Shown piece by piece: positions 53,698 through 64,000 of a stretch of 64,000 nt of DNA (the first letter of the stretch is position 1; the number at the start of each line of letters is the position of its first letter). Source of the stretch: Candidatus Cloacimonadales bacterium (lineage in GTDB: Bacteria > Cloacimonadota > Cloacimonadia > Cloacimonadales > DAONDQ01); contig OY759316.1 of the NCBI GenBank assembly GCA_963662275.1, positions 1,280,001 through 1,344,000 on the forward strand, read 5' to 3'. The notes under the pieces are model-generated. The model saw nothing but the letters and a program-made list of their open reading frames with translations, searched no databases and was not told the DNA's origin. Made by a program: the position numbers and the translations under genes.

Positions 53698-54709
53698 TCC
53701 AATCAAGATTTTAGCAATTGAAACATCCTGTGATGATACTTCTATTGCCATCGTAAATACTGATTATAAAGTCTATGTTAATTTGGTTTCTTCTCAAGTG
53801 GAACATAATCTCTATGGTGGGGTGGTTCCTGAACTAGCATCTAGGCTGCATATGAAAAATGTAATGACCTTGACTCAGTCTGCATTAATCAAATCCGGCT
53901 GTACTTTCCAAGATATCTCTGCGATTGCTGTTTCTGTGAATCCAGGGCTGATTGGGAGCTTGTTAGTTGGTCTATCTTTTGCCAAGAGTCTTGCTTATTC
54001 ATTAGGAATCCCTTTGATAACAGTGAATCACATGCTGGGTCATGTCTTTGCTGCTAAATTGGAAAATCCTCACTTAAAACCTCCTTATCTTGCATTAGTT
54101 GTCTCCGGTGGACATACTGAACTGGTTCATTTCACTACAGAAGCCGATTTTAAAATCATTAGTAAAACAAAGGACGATGCAGCCGGAGAAGCTTTTGATA
54201 AGGCAGCGAAACTCTTAAGGTTAGGTTATCCCGGTGGACCTGTAATTGATAAACTATCCTTAACCGGTGATCCTGATTTTATTCGGTTCCCTCGAGGATT
54301 AAATCAGAAAAAAGATTATAATTTTAGTTTTAGTGGTTTGAAAACTTCAATCATGACCTACATTTCGAAGCAGGAGTTAAGTTTTATAGATCAACATAAA
54401 GCTGATATAGCAGCTTCGGTTCAAATGGCAATCATCGATGTCCTGGTCAGGAAAACCATTGGCTATGCCAGGGAATCAGGACTAAAACAAATCATAGTTG
54501 TGGGTGGTGTATCTGCAAACACGACGCTGCGTAGGCTAATGTCTCAACATGCTGATAGATTTCATATTCGTACAGTCTATCCTCGTTTTGAATATTGTAT
54601 GGATAATGCAGCAATGATAGCGGCTGCTGCTGTTGGAAAATGGGAGAGAAATGAATTTGCAGATTTAACTGCAAATGCCTTTTCAACAAAAGGACTTCGG
54701 TATTTATAA
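53690..54709 (+). CDS. tsaD: tRNA threonylcarbamoyltransferase
   Basis: LAIETSCDDT, GGVVPELASRLH, VNHMLGH, VSGGHT, DDAAGEAFDK, DNAAMIA. Confidence 0.96.
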   Translation: MTDPIKILAIETSCDDTSIAIVNTDYKVYVNLVSSQVEHNLYGGVVPELASRLHMKNVMTLTQSALIKSGCTFQDISAIAVSVNPGLIGSLLVGLSFAKSLAYSLGIPLITVNHMLGHVFAAKLENPHLKPPYLALVVSGGHTELVHFTTEADFKIISKTKDDAAGEAFDKAAKLLRLGYPGGPVIDKLSLTGDPDFIRFPRGLNQKKDYNFSFSGLKTSIMTYISKQELSFIDQHKADIAASVQMAIIDVLVRKTIGYARESGLKQIIVVGGVSANTTLRRLMSQHADRFHIRTVYPRFEYCMDNAAMIAAAAVGKWERNEFADLTANAFSTKGLRYL

Positions 54710-54834
54710 AAAAGCATGTTTAATCGTATTATTTCTAATAAATTATGACCAAATTGAGTATATTGTCTTTAAGATAATTCTTGACGATAATAACTGTCAG
54801 CGAATACAAGCTCATGTTTAAAGGTTGGTGGTCC

Positions 54835-55551
54835 ATGAAAAAAGTATCTATCTTGGTCATCATCATGCTTGTTCTTATTTTGCTTTGCGGGTGTAGTCTC
54901 GTTAAACGTATTAAGAACGGTAGTGATAAAGAAGTAAAACGAACGGAAGTATATATGCTTCCAAATTGTGATCATCATTTAACAATGATCTTTAATGAGT
55001 TATTGAAGAATTTTGTCTGTAGAGATGATATCTACATTAATCTGAAAGATATCAAAGGCAGAGAACGTGGATCATTTGCCATGGATAAACATATATATAT
55101 GGAATCCCTGGAAATAAATGGTATTTCTACAGCTCTTAATGAAGTGTTTTATTTTGAACCTAAGGATTTTGGTGCCAGTGTTAGACCTTTCCGTCTGACC
55201 CAGGTGAAAAGGGACTGCAAAGTCTATGAATTCGAATATGGTAAGAAAGATATCACGTCTGATTCAGTTGCATTAACGATTAGATATACAATCAATCCCT
55301 TAGATGATTTTGATTTTTGTAAAATTTCAAAAGGATCTTTTAAACTAAATGGTAATTATGTGTGGTTTCCGAATAATCTTGCTGATTCTGTGAATGTGAA
55401 CCTGGAAGTCATTACATCAGCATCTTATACCGTGATGATGAATAATAAATTGCTGCCTTTTGTTTCGAATTCTTCTTATTTAAAGATATACCAGGCAGTT
55501 ATTAAAGATAATTTTAAACCTCTCACTCTTATCGGTGAGAAGAGACGCTAA
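54835..55551 (+). CDS. hypothetical lipoprotein
   Basis: MKKVSILVIIMLVLILLCGC lipobox-type N-terminus. No family recognised. Confidence 0.6.
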   Translation: MKKVSILVIIMLVLILLCGCSLVKRIKNGSDKEVKRTEVYMLPNCDHHLTMIFNELLKNFVCRDDIYINLKDIKGRERGSFAMDKHIYMESLEINGISTALNEVFYFEPKDFGASVRPFRLTQVKRDCKVYEFEYGKKDITSDSVALTIRYTINPLDDFDFCKISKGSFKLNGNYVWFPNNLADSVNVNLEVITSASYTVMMNNKLLPFVSNSSYLKIYQAVIKDNFKPLTLIGEKRR

Positions 55552-55621
55552 AGTAGCTCAGTGGTAGAGCAGCTGATTCGTAATCAGCAGGTCGGGGGTT
55601 CAAATCCCCCCTTTAGCTCCA
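55547..55621 (+). tRNA. tRNA-Thr(CGT)
   Basis: Acceptor GCTAAAG/CTTTAGC, anticodon arm GCTGA-TTCGTAA-TCAGC, T arm GGGGG-TTCAAAT-CCCCC, encoded CCA. Confidence 0.95.
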
Positions 55622-55629
55622 TTGAAATT

Positions 55630-55655
55630 ACCCATAGCTTGCCTATGGGTTTTTT
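55630..55655 (+). terminator. intrinsic terminator after tRNA-Thr
   Basis: ACCCATAG-CTTGC-CTATGGGT followed by TTTTT. Confidence 0.75.
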
Positions 55656-55672
55656 AGTATGAGGAGATACAA

Positions 55673-56659
55673 TTGAAAGAATATAGTGCCATTGCCCTCT
55701 TTTCAGGCGGTTTGGACAGCATGTTATGTGTGTTATATATGCGCAAACTGGGGTACAAAGTGACTCCCATCTTCTTCAAATCACTTTTCTTTTCAGAAGC
55801 CAGGGCAACTGCCTCAGCAAAGTCAGCCGGATTTGATATAGAAGTAATCGATATCAGTGATGAACATCTGGAAATGCTGAAGTATCCAAAATATGGCTAC
55901 GGTAAACAATTGAATCCTTGTGTGGATTGTCATGGACTGATGTTTAAGAAAGCCGGAGAAATGCTTAAAAAGTATAATGCTGACTTCATCATTTCCGGAG
56001 AAGTGTTGGGTCAAAGACCCATGTCCCAGAGAATGGACTCTATGAATGCTGTCCGTAAGCTTAGCGAAGTAAAGGACGTGATCATCAGACCTCTCTGCCA
56101 GCAACTCTTACCCGATACTCTCCCCATTAAGGAAGGCTGGGTCAATAAAAATGAAATGCTATGCTTTTCTGGACGTGGTAGAAAGAATCAGATCAAGCTC
56201 GCTGCAGAATTAGGTCTTGAAGAATGGCAGGCACCCGCGGGTGGCTGTTCTTTGACTGACAAGAACATGGTGAAAAGACTCTTGGATTTGATTCATCATG
56301 ATCAATTGGAAAGGAATCACATCAAGTATCTGCAAATTGGGCGTCATTTCCGCCTGACACCGAAAACAACCATGATCATGGGGCGTGATGAAGGGGAGAA
56401 TACAATCTTATTTGAAATGCTGGGTGATGATATTTATCTCTGGAACACTGAAATTGCCGGACCTCTCTCTGTCATTGTAGCTAATGAAGAAATTACCCAA
56501 GAGCTATTGAAGTTAGCTGCTTCCCTTACGCTAGGCTATAACAAGCACTTGGATGATGAAAATGGAACGATACAGTATGGAAACAAGGACAGTATGATCG
56601 GTTCCCTGGATGTCACTGCACTCAGTCCTGATATGATAAAGCAATATCGGATTCAATGA
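55673..56659 (+). CDS. PP-loop tRNA thiolation-type protein (ThiI/MnmA-like, DUF814-type C-terminus)
   Basis: SGGLDS PP-loop, NPCVDCH, GEVLGQRPMSQ, PAGGC, GRHFRL. Confidence 0.8.
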   Translation: MKEYSAIALFSGGLDSMLCVLYMRKLGYKVTPIFFKSLFFSEARATASAKSAGFDIEVIDISDEHLEMLKYPKYGYGKQLNPCVDCHGLMFKKAGEMLKKYNADFIISGEVLGQRPMSQRMDSMNAVRKLSEVKDVIIRPLCQQLLPDTLPIKEGWVNKNEMLCFSGRGRKNQIKLAAELGLEEWQAPAGGCSLTDKNMVKRLLDLIHHDQLERNHIKYLQIGRHFRLTPKTTMIMGRDEGENTILFEMLGDDIYLWNTEIAGPLSVIVANEEITQELLKLAASLTLGYNKHLDDENGTIQYGNKDSMIGSLDVTALSPDMIKQYRIQ

Positions 56660-56670
56660 AGGAGTTCACG

Positions 56671-57309
56671 ATGAAGTATGAAACGCATATATTATTAAAA
56701 GATTATGAAACGAACACTTATCTGTGCTGGGATGAAGTATCTCTTGAAGCTTTTCTTATTGATCCTGCTGCCCCTTCACAGCCTCTTTGGAACGAGATTA
56801 TGAAAAAAGGACTCACATTGAAATATATCATTACTACCCATGGACATGCTGATCATATTGGTGGTAATGAATTCTTTCGTGATCAGTCTGGTGCGATCCT
56901 GGCGATTCATTCAGAGGAAGCGGATCACTTTGTTAATGCGGATAAGAATTTGTCGGCATATGCAGGTCTAAGTATCATATCTCCCAAGGCTGACCTGATT
57001 TTATTGGCTGGAGATGTTCTCAAATTAGGTGAGAAAACATTCGAGGTCATTCATACACCTGGACATACTGAAGGTGGTATCTGTTTATTTGGGGAAGGAC
57101 TTCTATTCAGCGGAGACACTTTATTCCAGGAGGATGTTGGAAGAACAGATTTACCCGGTGGAAGCAGTTCAAAATTACGAAATTCGATTCAAAATGTTCT
57201 TTTCCTTCTCCCTGAAGAAACTATCGTTTTACCCGGTCATGGTCCTTCAACCACAATTGGTGAGGAAAAAGTAGGTAATTTATACTTCGGACTTGCAGCT
57301 CGCTTATAG
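56671..57309 (+). CDS. metallo-beta-lactamase-fold hydrolase (glyoxalase II-like)
   Basis: THGHADHIGG, HTPGHT, SGDTLF, GRTDLPGG, PGHG. Confidence 0.9.
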   Translation: MKYETHILLKDYETNTYLCWDEVSLEAFLIDPAAPSQPLWNEIMKKGLTLKYIITTHGHADHIGGNEFFRDQSGAILAIHSEEADHFVNADKNLSAYAGLSIISPKADLILLAGDVLKLGEKTFEVIHTPGHTEGGICLFGEGLLFSGDTLFQEDVGRTDLPGGSSSKLRNSIQNVLFLLPEETIVLPGHGPSTTIGEEKVGNLYFGLAARL

Positions 57310-57388
57310 CTTGTAGGGGTCAGCATCAGCAGACCCATTCCTCCCTTCAGATGAAGGCAGGGTACGGTTACTGAGCGTAGTCGAAGTA

Positions 57389-58060
57389 TTAGCTTGCGCT
57401 GTATGTCTGTCGGTAGTCGCTGTCTTTAGCTTGCGCTGTTTGTTTGTCGGTGGGCGCTGTCTTTAGCTTGCGCTGTTTGTCTGTCGGTAGGCGCTGTCTT
57501 TAGCTTGCGCTGTTTGTCTGTCGGTAGGCGCTGTCTTTAGCTTGCGCTATTTGTCAGTCGGTAGTCGCTGTCTTTAGCTTGCGCTATTTGTCAGTCGGTA
57601 GTCGCTGTCTTTAGCTTGCGCTATTTGTCAGTCGGTAGTCGCTGTCTTTAGCTTGCGCTGTTTGTCTGTCGGTAGGCGCTGTCTTTAGCTTGCGCTATTT
57701 GTCTGTCGGTAGTCGCTGTCTTTAGCTTGCGCTGTTTGTTTGTCGGTGGGCGCTGTCTTTAGCTTGCGCTGTTTGTCTGTCGGTAGGCGCTGTCTTTAGC
57801 TTGCGCTGTTTGTCTGTCGGTAGGCGCTGTCTTTAGCTTGCGCTATTTGTCAGTCGGTAGTCGCTGTCTTTAGCTTGCGCTATTTGTCAGTCGGTAGTCG
57901 CTGTCTTTAGCTTGCGCTATTTGTCAGTCGGTAGTCGCTGTCTTTAGCTTGCGCTGTTTGTCTGTCGGTAGGCGCTGTCTTTAGCTTGCGCTGTTTGTCA
58001 GTCGGTAGGCGCTGTCTTTAGCTTGCGCTTTTACGATAACCTGAAGGATACCACTACCGC
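57389..58060. repeat. 37-bp tandem array (17 full units plus a partial unit), ending in the other arm of the REP-like element
   Basis: TTAGCTTGCGCT(G/A)TTTGTC(T/A)GTCGGTAG(G/T)CGCTGTCT with exact period 37 from 57389 to 58018, then TAACCTGAAGGATACCACTACC. Confidence 0.95.
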
Positions 58061-58083
58061 AACCCCTACAATGGAGGAAAAGG

Positions 58084-59625
58084 ATGTTTCATCATGAATT
58101 GATCCTGATCTTGGATTTCGGGTCACAATACACGCAACTGATAGCCAAGACCATTCGCAGCCTGCATATTTACTGTGAGATCGTTCCCTATAATATCAGT
58201 TATGAATCTACTCTGGAAAAGAACCCATATGCTTTGATTCTTTCAGGCAGTCCCTCTAGTGTGACGCATCAAGATGCTCCCATACCAGATATCAATATCC
58301 TGAAACTCCCTATCCCTATCCTGGGTATCTGTTATGGAATGCAGCTCTTATCTCATTTGGGTGGAGCAAAGGTAGAATCTGCTGACAAGAAGGAATATGG
58401 CTTTGCTGAATTCCATCCGGATATGGCGAATCCCTTATTTGATAACTTATCTGAAAAAGAGATAGTCTGGATGAGTCACGGTGACAGTGTAATTGAACTG
58501 GCAGAAGGTTATAGACTAATTGGGGAAAGCGAAAATACCCCTATTGCTGCAATCGCACATATTGAAAAACCAATCTTCGGCTTGCAGTTTCATCCTGAAG
58601 TTGTCCATACAAGGAATGGAAAGCAAATCATATCCAATTTCTTTATCAATATTGCAAAATGTTCCTGCGATTGGACTTCAATTTCTTTTATCGATAGCTC
58701 AGTGCAAAAAATACGTGAGCAGGTAGGGGAGAAGAAGGTTATTCTTGGTCTCAGCGGAGGAGTGGATTCTTCCGTTGCAGCCAGTTTGTTATATAAAGCC
58801 ATAGGGAATCAACTGATCCCCGTCTTTGTTGATACTGGTCTTTTAAGGAAAAATGAAGCACAGGATGTGATAGATATCTTCATGCATGGATTTGGACTAC
58901 CCCTGGATGTTGTGTATGCCGGAAATATGTTTTTGGAGCGTTTGAAGGGAATTACTGATCCGGAGTTGAAAAGAAAGATCATTGGACAGACATTCATAGA
59001 AATCTTCGAACGGGAAGCAGGCAAATACCAGGACATCTCTTTCCTGGCTCAGGGTACTCTTTACCCTGATGTGATTGAGAGTGTTTCCTTCAAAGGACCG
59101 TCTGCCACGATCAAAACCCATCATAATGTAGGCGGATTACCGGATATTATGAAACTTCAGCTTGTCGAACCGCTTCGCGAATTATTCAAGGATGAAGTCC
59201 GTGCTGTAGGCAGGGAGTTAGGTTTACCGGAACTATTGATCAAACGCCACCCTTTCCCCGGACCGGGTTTAGCCGTGAGAATCCTCAGTGATATTACACC
59301 TGAGAAAGTCACCTTACTCCAGGAAATAGATTATATCTTTATCTCTGAATTATTAGAACAAAACCTCTACGATTCCATCTGGCAGGCATTTGCCGTATTA
59401 CTCCCTGTGCAATCGGTCGGTGTCATGGGGGATGAACGCACCTACGAATATGTGTGCGGTTTACGTGCTGTGAACAGTTCCGACGGTATGACAGCCGATT
59501 GGACAGAACTGCCGTATTCTTTCCTCAAACGCGTTTCCAATCGTATCATCAATGAAGTGAAAGGTGTGAATCGGGTCGTTTATGATATCAGCTCCAAACC
59601 TCCGGCTACCATCGAATGGGAGTAA
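58084..59625 (+). CDS. guaA: GMP synthase (glutamine-hydrolysing)
   Basis: [50 protein letters not shown]. Confidence 0.97.
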   Translation: MFHHELILILDFGSQYTQLIAKTIRSLHIYCEIVPYNISYESTLEKNPYALILSGSPSSVTHQDAPIPDINILKLPIPILGICYGMQLLSHLGGAKVESADKKEYGFAEFHPDMANPLFDNLSEKEIVWMSHGDSVIELAEGYRLIGESENTPIAAIAHIEKPIFGLQFHPEVVHTRNGKQIISNFFINIAKCSCDWTSISFIDSSVQKIREQVGEKKVILGLSGGVDSSVAASLLYKAIGNQLIPVFVDTGLLRKNEAQDVIDIFMHGFGLPLDVVYAGNMFLERLKGITDPELKRKIIGQTFIEIFEREAGKYQDISFLAQGTLYPDVIESVSFKGPSATIKTHHNVGGLPDIMKLQLVEPLRELFKDEVRAVGRELGLPELLIKRHPFPGPGLAVRILSDITPEKVTLLQEIDYIFISELLEQNLYDSIWQAFAVLLPVQSVGVMGDERTYEYVCGLRAVNSSDGMTADWTELPYSFLKRVSNRIINEVKGVNRVVYDISSKPPATIEWE

Positions 59626-59750
59626 GCAGAGAATCAAAAATTATGAATTGCAGAGTAGGGGTTTGCGGTAGTAAACCCGTCTGATTAATAAGTCCGAACC
59701 AAGATAAGAACATGATATAAGATATGTACCAGCCACAATCAATTTCTTCG

Positions 59751-62093
59751 CTATTTCACTTTTATCATCTTTTTAGTATAGCTGTGCCCCGGTTTATCCA
59801 CTTTGCAGAAATAGACACCCGAGGCGGTCGATTTGCCGTTATCATCCAAACCATTCCAGGTGAGTTGAATCGTACCGGCACACATTTTACCCGCTGCGAG
59901 TGTTTTGACCTGCTGCCCGCGGATATTATAGATATTGATTACGATATCATCAGGTGCAGGTAAATCAAATTCTATCTTTGTGCTTTCCCGGAAAGGGTTA
60001 GGATAAATCCTGATATTGGATACATCCGCAATAGGTGTTGTATCATCATGAACATCTACAGAACCGTATTCATAACAGCCCATATCTACACCATTCCCAT
60101 GAACCCGCGGAGCGCCGTTCAGATCATAGGGATACAACCCGCCCGGTACATCAGTTGTCCCTGCATCGATACAGGGAGAACCGAAGGCTAGTTCATATGG
60201 TTTTTCAGTATTATCTGAATTGAATAAAGGCAATTCATTAATATTCCCTTCCTGCCAATAAATAGTTCCCCACCAGTCTTCATTGAAAACTCCATCAATT
60301 CCATCTTTCACATTACAGTGATTAAAAGCCACGTGATTAACAGGGGGATTTGGTTCAAACGGATGCAGCAGAAATACCTGGTGAGATGTATCATTAGCAA
60401 AAATACAGTTCCAGAAGTTCACAGAGTCCGCACAAATCTGCACTGCTGCACTGGGGCTTTCGTTATCAGCAAATGTACAATTAATGATATCATAAGGTCC
60501 TTTTCCAGAGAAAATAATTGGTCTGCCTTTATATAGTGCATCCGAATATGTACTTTGGTTATCTGTGAAAAGGCAGTTTTCGATGCGATATCTAGGAAAA
60601 TCAAACTGAGTACTTGTTAAAACAACAGAAGCCCCTCCGTATTGTGTGTTATCAGAATTGTTCTGAAAAATGCAATTTCTAATCTGAGCGTTACGTGAAG
60701 CATCAATTCGCAAAGCGCCTCCCTGATCCCAATCGACCTGGAATGCCTGGTTATTCCTGAAAGTAGAGTTTTCAAGATTGGCTTCAGCAACTTCGTTTAG
60801 CATTATGCCTGAAATTCCTTCCAAACCATTATTATTTGAAATAGTTATACTTTTGAATTTGCATACTTCTATACAACCCAATGAAATTGCAGGGACCATT
60901 TTTGAAGTGCAGTTTTCTATTTTTATGTTCTCAAAATAGATATCTGTTGAAAATGCACCACTAATTGCTGCTCTATAGCTTTCGTGTTCAAAATTAGCGA
61001 AACTTAAGTTTTTGAAAACAAAATTGACTATGCCTCTTGGAATGCAGAGCATAGGATAATGGCTATTACCATTGATAATTGTGTTTTCTAGCGACTGTCC
61101 TATCACTTTAACATATGATTTTGCGCTTAATGGTAATTTCTGGTTGTTTGTTACCATGGAATACATCCCATTTGCGATATGTACAGTTTTGGGATTAAGG
61201 CTATCACTGGCTATATTATGCAATGCCCACGCTATAGTTTTCAATGGAGATGCTGAAGTAAGTCCATCGTTATGATCATCACCATCAGTTGCCACGTAGA
61301 AATCATGATTGACAGGTGTTAATAGGGCATGATGGATGTCAAAATTATACAAATAGATATCTTCGATGAAGTTGACTTGTGTTTCCGCATAGTATCTATC
61401 CGGATTTATGACTGTGAAAGTATCCACTATCACATTAACAGTCATTGGTAAATCACAGCTTAAAATGTCAGTTCCCTGCCCTGAATAATTGTTATAGATA
61501 CTGCATCGCTCATTCGCATCCATTGTAAAACCAATTTCATCACCTTGAAGACAAATACCACCGCCACCTGCTGTGGCGAGATTATTAAAAAGTGAAGTCC
61601 CTTTCAGACTTACACTTCCACGCCAAACAAATAATCCGCCTCCAAACTCTGTTTCATTAGCGAATATTCGACAATCTTCAATTGATAACGTGCTATAATA
61701 TCCAATAAGAATGCCTCCTCCGTCATCGAAGTAATAGCAATGTTCCCCTGACCCATTGGTAATGGAGAAGCCGATTATTCTCGCGGAAGTTTCTCCGCTC
61801 ATCACACGTACACAACAGCCCATTCGTTGACCGTCAATAATTGTAGTCCCGATATAGACACGATCATTTGTCGTGAACTTCAGACTGGCAACTGTAATGT
61901 TTTTGCCGTTAAAATCAATGTTCTCCAAATACCTGCCCGGATGGACAAGTACCAAGTCACCATTATTAGAGGCATTGATGGCTGCCTGGATGGTTGGATA
62001 ATTCCCCAGCCCATCCTGTCTGACTGTGATCGTAATTGCACTTAGTGATACTATTGAGAGCGTAACAATGATCAGCAGCATGAATTTTAACAT
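59751..62093 (-). CDS. secreted beta-helix/DUF1565-like protein with FlgD-Ig CTD (type B)
   Basis: Signal peptide, YPTIQAAINAS, HDFYVATDGDD..DG..DSLNPKTVH, VDMGCYE, YPNPF CTD. Confidence 0.85.
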   Translation of the reverse strand: MLKFMLLIIVTLSIVSLSAITITVRQDGLGNYPTIQAAINASNNGDLVLVHPGRYLENIDFNGKNITVASLKFTTNDRVYIGTTIIDGQRMGCCVRVMSGETSARIIGFSITNGSGEHCYYFDDGGGILIGYYSTLSIEDCRIFANETEFGGGLFVWRGSVSLKGTSLFNNLATAGGGGICLQGDEIGFTMDANERCSIYNNYSGQGTDILSCDLPMTVNVIVDTFTVINPDRYYAETQVNFIEDIYLYNFDIHHALLTPVNHDFYVATDGDDHNDGLTSASPLKTIAWALHNIASDSLNPKTVHIANGMYSMVTNNQKLPLSAKSYVKVIGQSLENTIINGNSHYPMLCIPRGIVNFVFKNLSFANFEHESYRAAISGAFSTDIYFENIKIENCTSKMVPAISLGCIEVCKFKSITISNNNGLEGISGIMLNEVAEANLENSTFRNNQAFQVDWDQGGALRIDASRNAQIRNCIFQNNSDNTQYGGASVVLTSTQFDFPRYRIENCLFTDNQSTYSDALYKGRPIIFSGKGPYDIINCTFADNESPSAAVQICADSVNFWNCIFANDTSHQVFLLHPFEPNPPVNHVAFNHCNVKDGIDGVFNEDWWGTIYWQEGNINELPLFNSDNTEKPYELAFGSPCIDAGTTDVPGGLYPYDLNGAPRVHGNGVDMGCYEYGSVDVHDDTTPIADVSNIRIYPNPFRESTKIEFDLPAPDDIVINIYNIRGQQVKTLAAGKMCAGTIQLTWNGLDDNGKSTASGVYFCKVDKPGHSYTKKMIKVK

Positions 62094-62269
62094 CTTTTCT
62101 CCAGGATTATCAGGCAGAGAGTCCAGCTCTCTGCCTGCATCATGTTTTGTCTCTTTACTTCTGTTTATATTGATACACGTTTTAGGATATTAAGTAACTT
62201 TTATCAGGTGTTAGAGATGAATCATCGCCTTCGCAAGGATGACAGTGCTGTTATTCTGATCTTCTGCCC

Positions 62270-62612
62270 CAGCACCTGGCACCTAGCACCTAGCACCTAG
62301 CACCTAACACCTAACACCTAGCACCTAGCACCTGGCACCTAGCACCTGGCACCTAACACCTAACACCTAGCACCTAACACCTAACACCTAGCACCTAACA
62401 CCTAACACCTAGCACCTAACACCTAACACCTAGCACCTAACACCTAACACCTAGCACCTAACACCTAACACCTAACACCTAACACCTAGCACCTAACACC
62501 TAGCACCTAGCACCTAACACCTAGCACCTAGCACCTAACACCTAACACCTAGCACCTAACACCTGGCACCTAGCACCTAGCACCTGGCACCTAGCACCTG
62601 ACACCTAGCACC
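62270..62612 (-). repeat. heptamer array x49 (TAGCACC/TAACACC/TGGCACC on + strand)
   Basis: 343 bp = 49 units, ending in TTCTGC. Confidence 0.95.
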
Positions 62613-62621
62613 TTCTGCAAC

Positions 62622-64000
62622 CTATTTCAGCAGCATCAGCTTTTCCATGACCTGGTGTTCAGCAGTCTGCAAGCGGGCAAAATAAATACTGCTGCTCACT
62701 GCTTCACCATTTTCATTATTGCCGTCCCATTTGATTTTGTGAGAACCTTCAGTTTGCCAGCCATCCCACAAATTTTTTACCAGTTGTCCCTTCACATTAT
62801 AAATCTGCAGGGAAGACGAACCGGCTTTAACAGTATTGTACTCAATGACAGTACTGGGATTGAAAGGATTGGGATAACAGGTCATTCGTATCGGTACTTC
62901 TGTAGCAGGTGTCATGAATGATAGCTCGGTGCTGGCATAGAGGTAATCATCACCCTTATGAAGCTTCAGAGGCGACTGTGTAATGACCCTGGTTTGAGGA
63001 TCATAGACGTAGGCTGTGGAAATGTGCTGCAGTCCGGCTTTCGATTCATAGTATTTGACAATTTCCAGTTCCGTGTCTTCCGGAAGATCAAGGACATAAG
63101 CATTGATTTCCATCAGCGTATCATCAACAACCGAAGCTCCTTTGCAGACACCGTCCGCATAGACAGCGACCTCTTTCAAGCCGGTTTCTGCTCCGAGAGC
63201 GATAAAGACCGGCAGATAATCCGCTTTCTCATCGAAGGTGAAATATTCCGGTATTTCCCTGACTACATGAGGTATTGGTCTAATCCGATTCCAGATAAAA
63301 CTCGGAACTTCATTATAGCATTTAATGATTGCCATATCACCATAATTGAACTGTCTTTTTCCGCTGGAAATCATCCAGCCGTCTTTAGTTCTTGCCATAA
63401 ACCAGGTTTGGGTTTGAATCGAATACACATTTGCCCAGATGGAAGCCAGGGCTTTTTCCGGGGACTGGGATTCCGGCAGAAAATAGCCAACCCAGTTTTC
63501 AATGCGGTTGCCATACAGGTGAAGCGGTGTATCCGGTGAACATCTCGGTGCTGTGATCGAAAGCTCAGAATAATCTGCGGGTGTTGTAATCAGAGCTTTG
63601 TATCCCTGGGGAGAAGTGAGTATATGTAACTGATTTGTCCATTGAGAACCATCCCAATAGTAATAGTTCTGGGTTCCCACTACACTCCATTCTTCATGAC
63701 CAAGAACACTTGTGTTGGCAAGATGTTCCATGACATTTCCAATCTGAGGATTCGTGTCATAGACATCCAGGACGGGATAACAGAGCCAGGTCCAGCCATG
63801 ATGGATGGAATCAGTACCGTAGAACTTGTAGTTGCGTGTTTCCTGGGATACAGGTAATGCTCCCATATCACTACGGGTATTATCAGCATCAGGAAGTTCA
63901 GGATCACCCGCATCAATGCATGGGCTTTTACAGTTTGGTTCCCAGGTTAGCGAGAAGTCATCAGCCTCCAGGTTCTTAAACCCGGGATCAAGATTAATAG
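62622..64000 (-). CDS. type A secreted protein with FlgD-Ig CTD (5' end outside the window)
   Basis: Frame is open to the window edge (...KSPCIDAGDP...DMGA). Shares WxGY, YGDM, KxDYxP, CKGA motifs with the other type A proteins. Confidence 0.8.
   Translation of the reverse strand, partial: INLDPGFKNLEADDFSLTWEPNCKSPCIDAGDPELPDADNTRSDMGALPVSQETRNYKFYGTDSIHHGWTWLCYPVLDVYDTNPQIGNVMEHLANTSVLGHEEWSVVGTQNYYYWDGSQWTNQLHILTSPQGYKALITTPADYSELSITAPRCSPDTPLHLYGNRIENWVGYFLPESQSPEKALASIWANVYSIQTQTWFMARTKDGWMISSGKRQFNYGDMAIIKCYNEVPSFIWNRIRPIPHVVREIPEYFTFDEKADYLPVFIALGAETGLKEVAVYADGVCKGASVVDDTLMEINAYVLDLPEDTELEIVKYYESKAGLQHISTAYVYDPQTRVITQSPLKLHKGDDYLYASTELSFMTPATEVPIRMTCYPNPFNPSTVIEYNTVKAGSSSLQIYNVKGQLVKNLWDGWQTEGSHKIKWDGNNENGEAVSSSIYFARLQTAEHQVMEKLMLLK

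Noticed and set aside
57389..58030. 37-bp repeats as a CRISPR array
   Set aside because: Units are head-to-tail with no unique spacers, and there are no cas genes in the window.
62958..63539. 193-aa plus-strand ORF and other short antisense ORFs in the track
   Set aside because: They are shadows of well-supported genes on the opposite strand, with no motifs or RBS.

Overview
AT-rich bacterial chromosomal window. The gene content (kat-kce lysine fermentation pair, many secreted proteins ending in a FlgD-Ig/T9SS type-A-like C-terminal domain) points to Cloacimonadota or a related FCB-group anaerobe; this is an inference. Housekeeping genes are lysC, metG, hslO, thiolase, add, tsaD, guaA, a GH133-GT4-GH57 glucan operon, an LpoB lipoprotein operon, tRNA-Phe and tRNA-Thr. 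These alternate with accessory DNA of four kinds. (i) A 1861-bp Mutator/IS256-like IS with 11-bp terminal IRs and an 8-bp TSD. (ii) Eight minus-strand secreted CTD proteins, seven of them in a recurring 'type A then type B' gene pair that shows tandem duplication, mosaicism, truncation at a hairpin, a frameshifted signal peptide and poly-G tracts. (iii) A four-helix-bundle (IVP-like) gene bracketed by two inverted heptamer arrays, plus a solo 49-unit array of the same heptamer; the arrays begin with GCAGAA just after a stop codon. (iv) A REP-like palindrome family amplified as 61-bp and 37-bp tandem arrays. No CRISPR, reverse transcriptase, phage or rRNA was seen. All calls come from reading the sequence; no searches were run.
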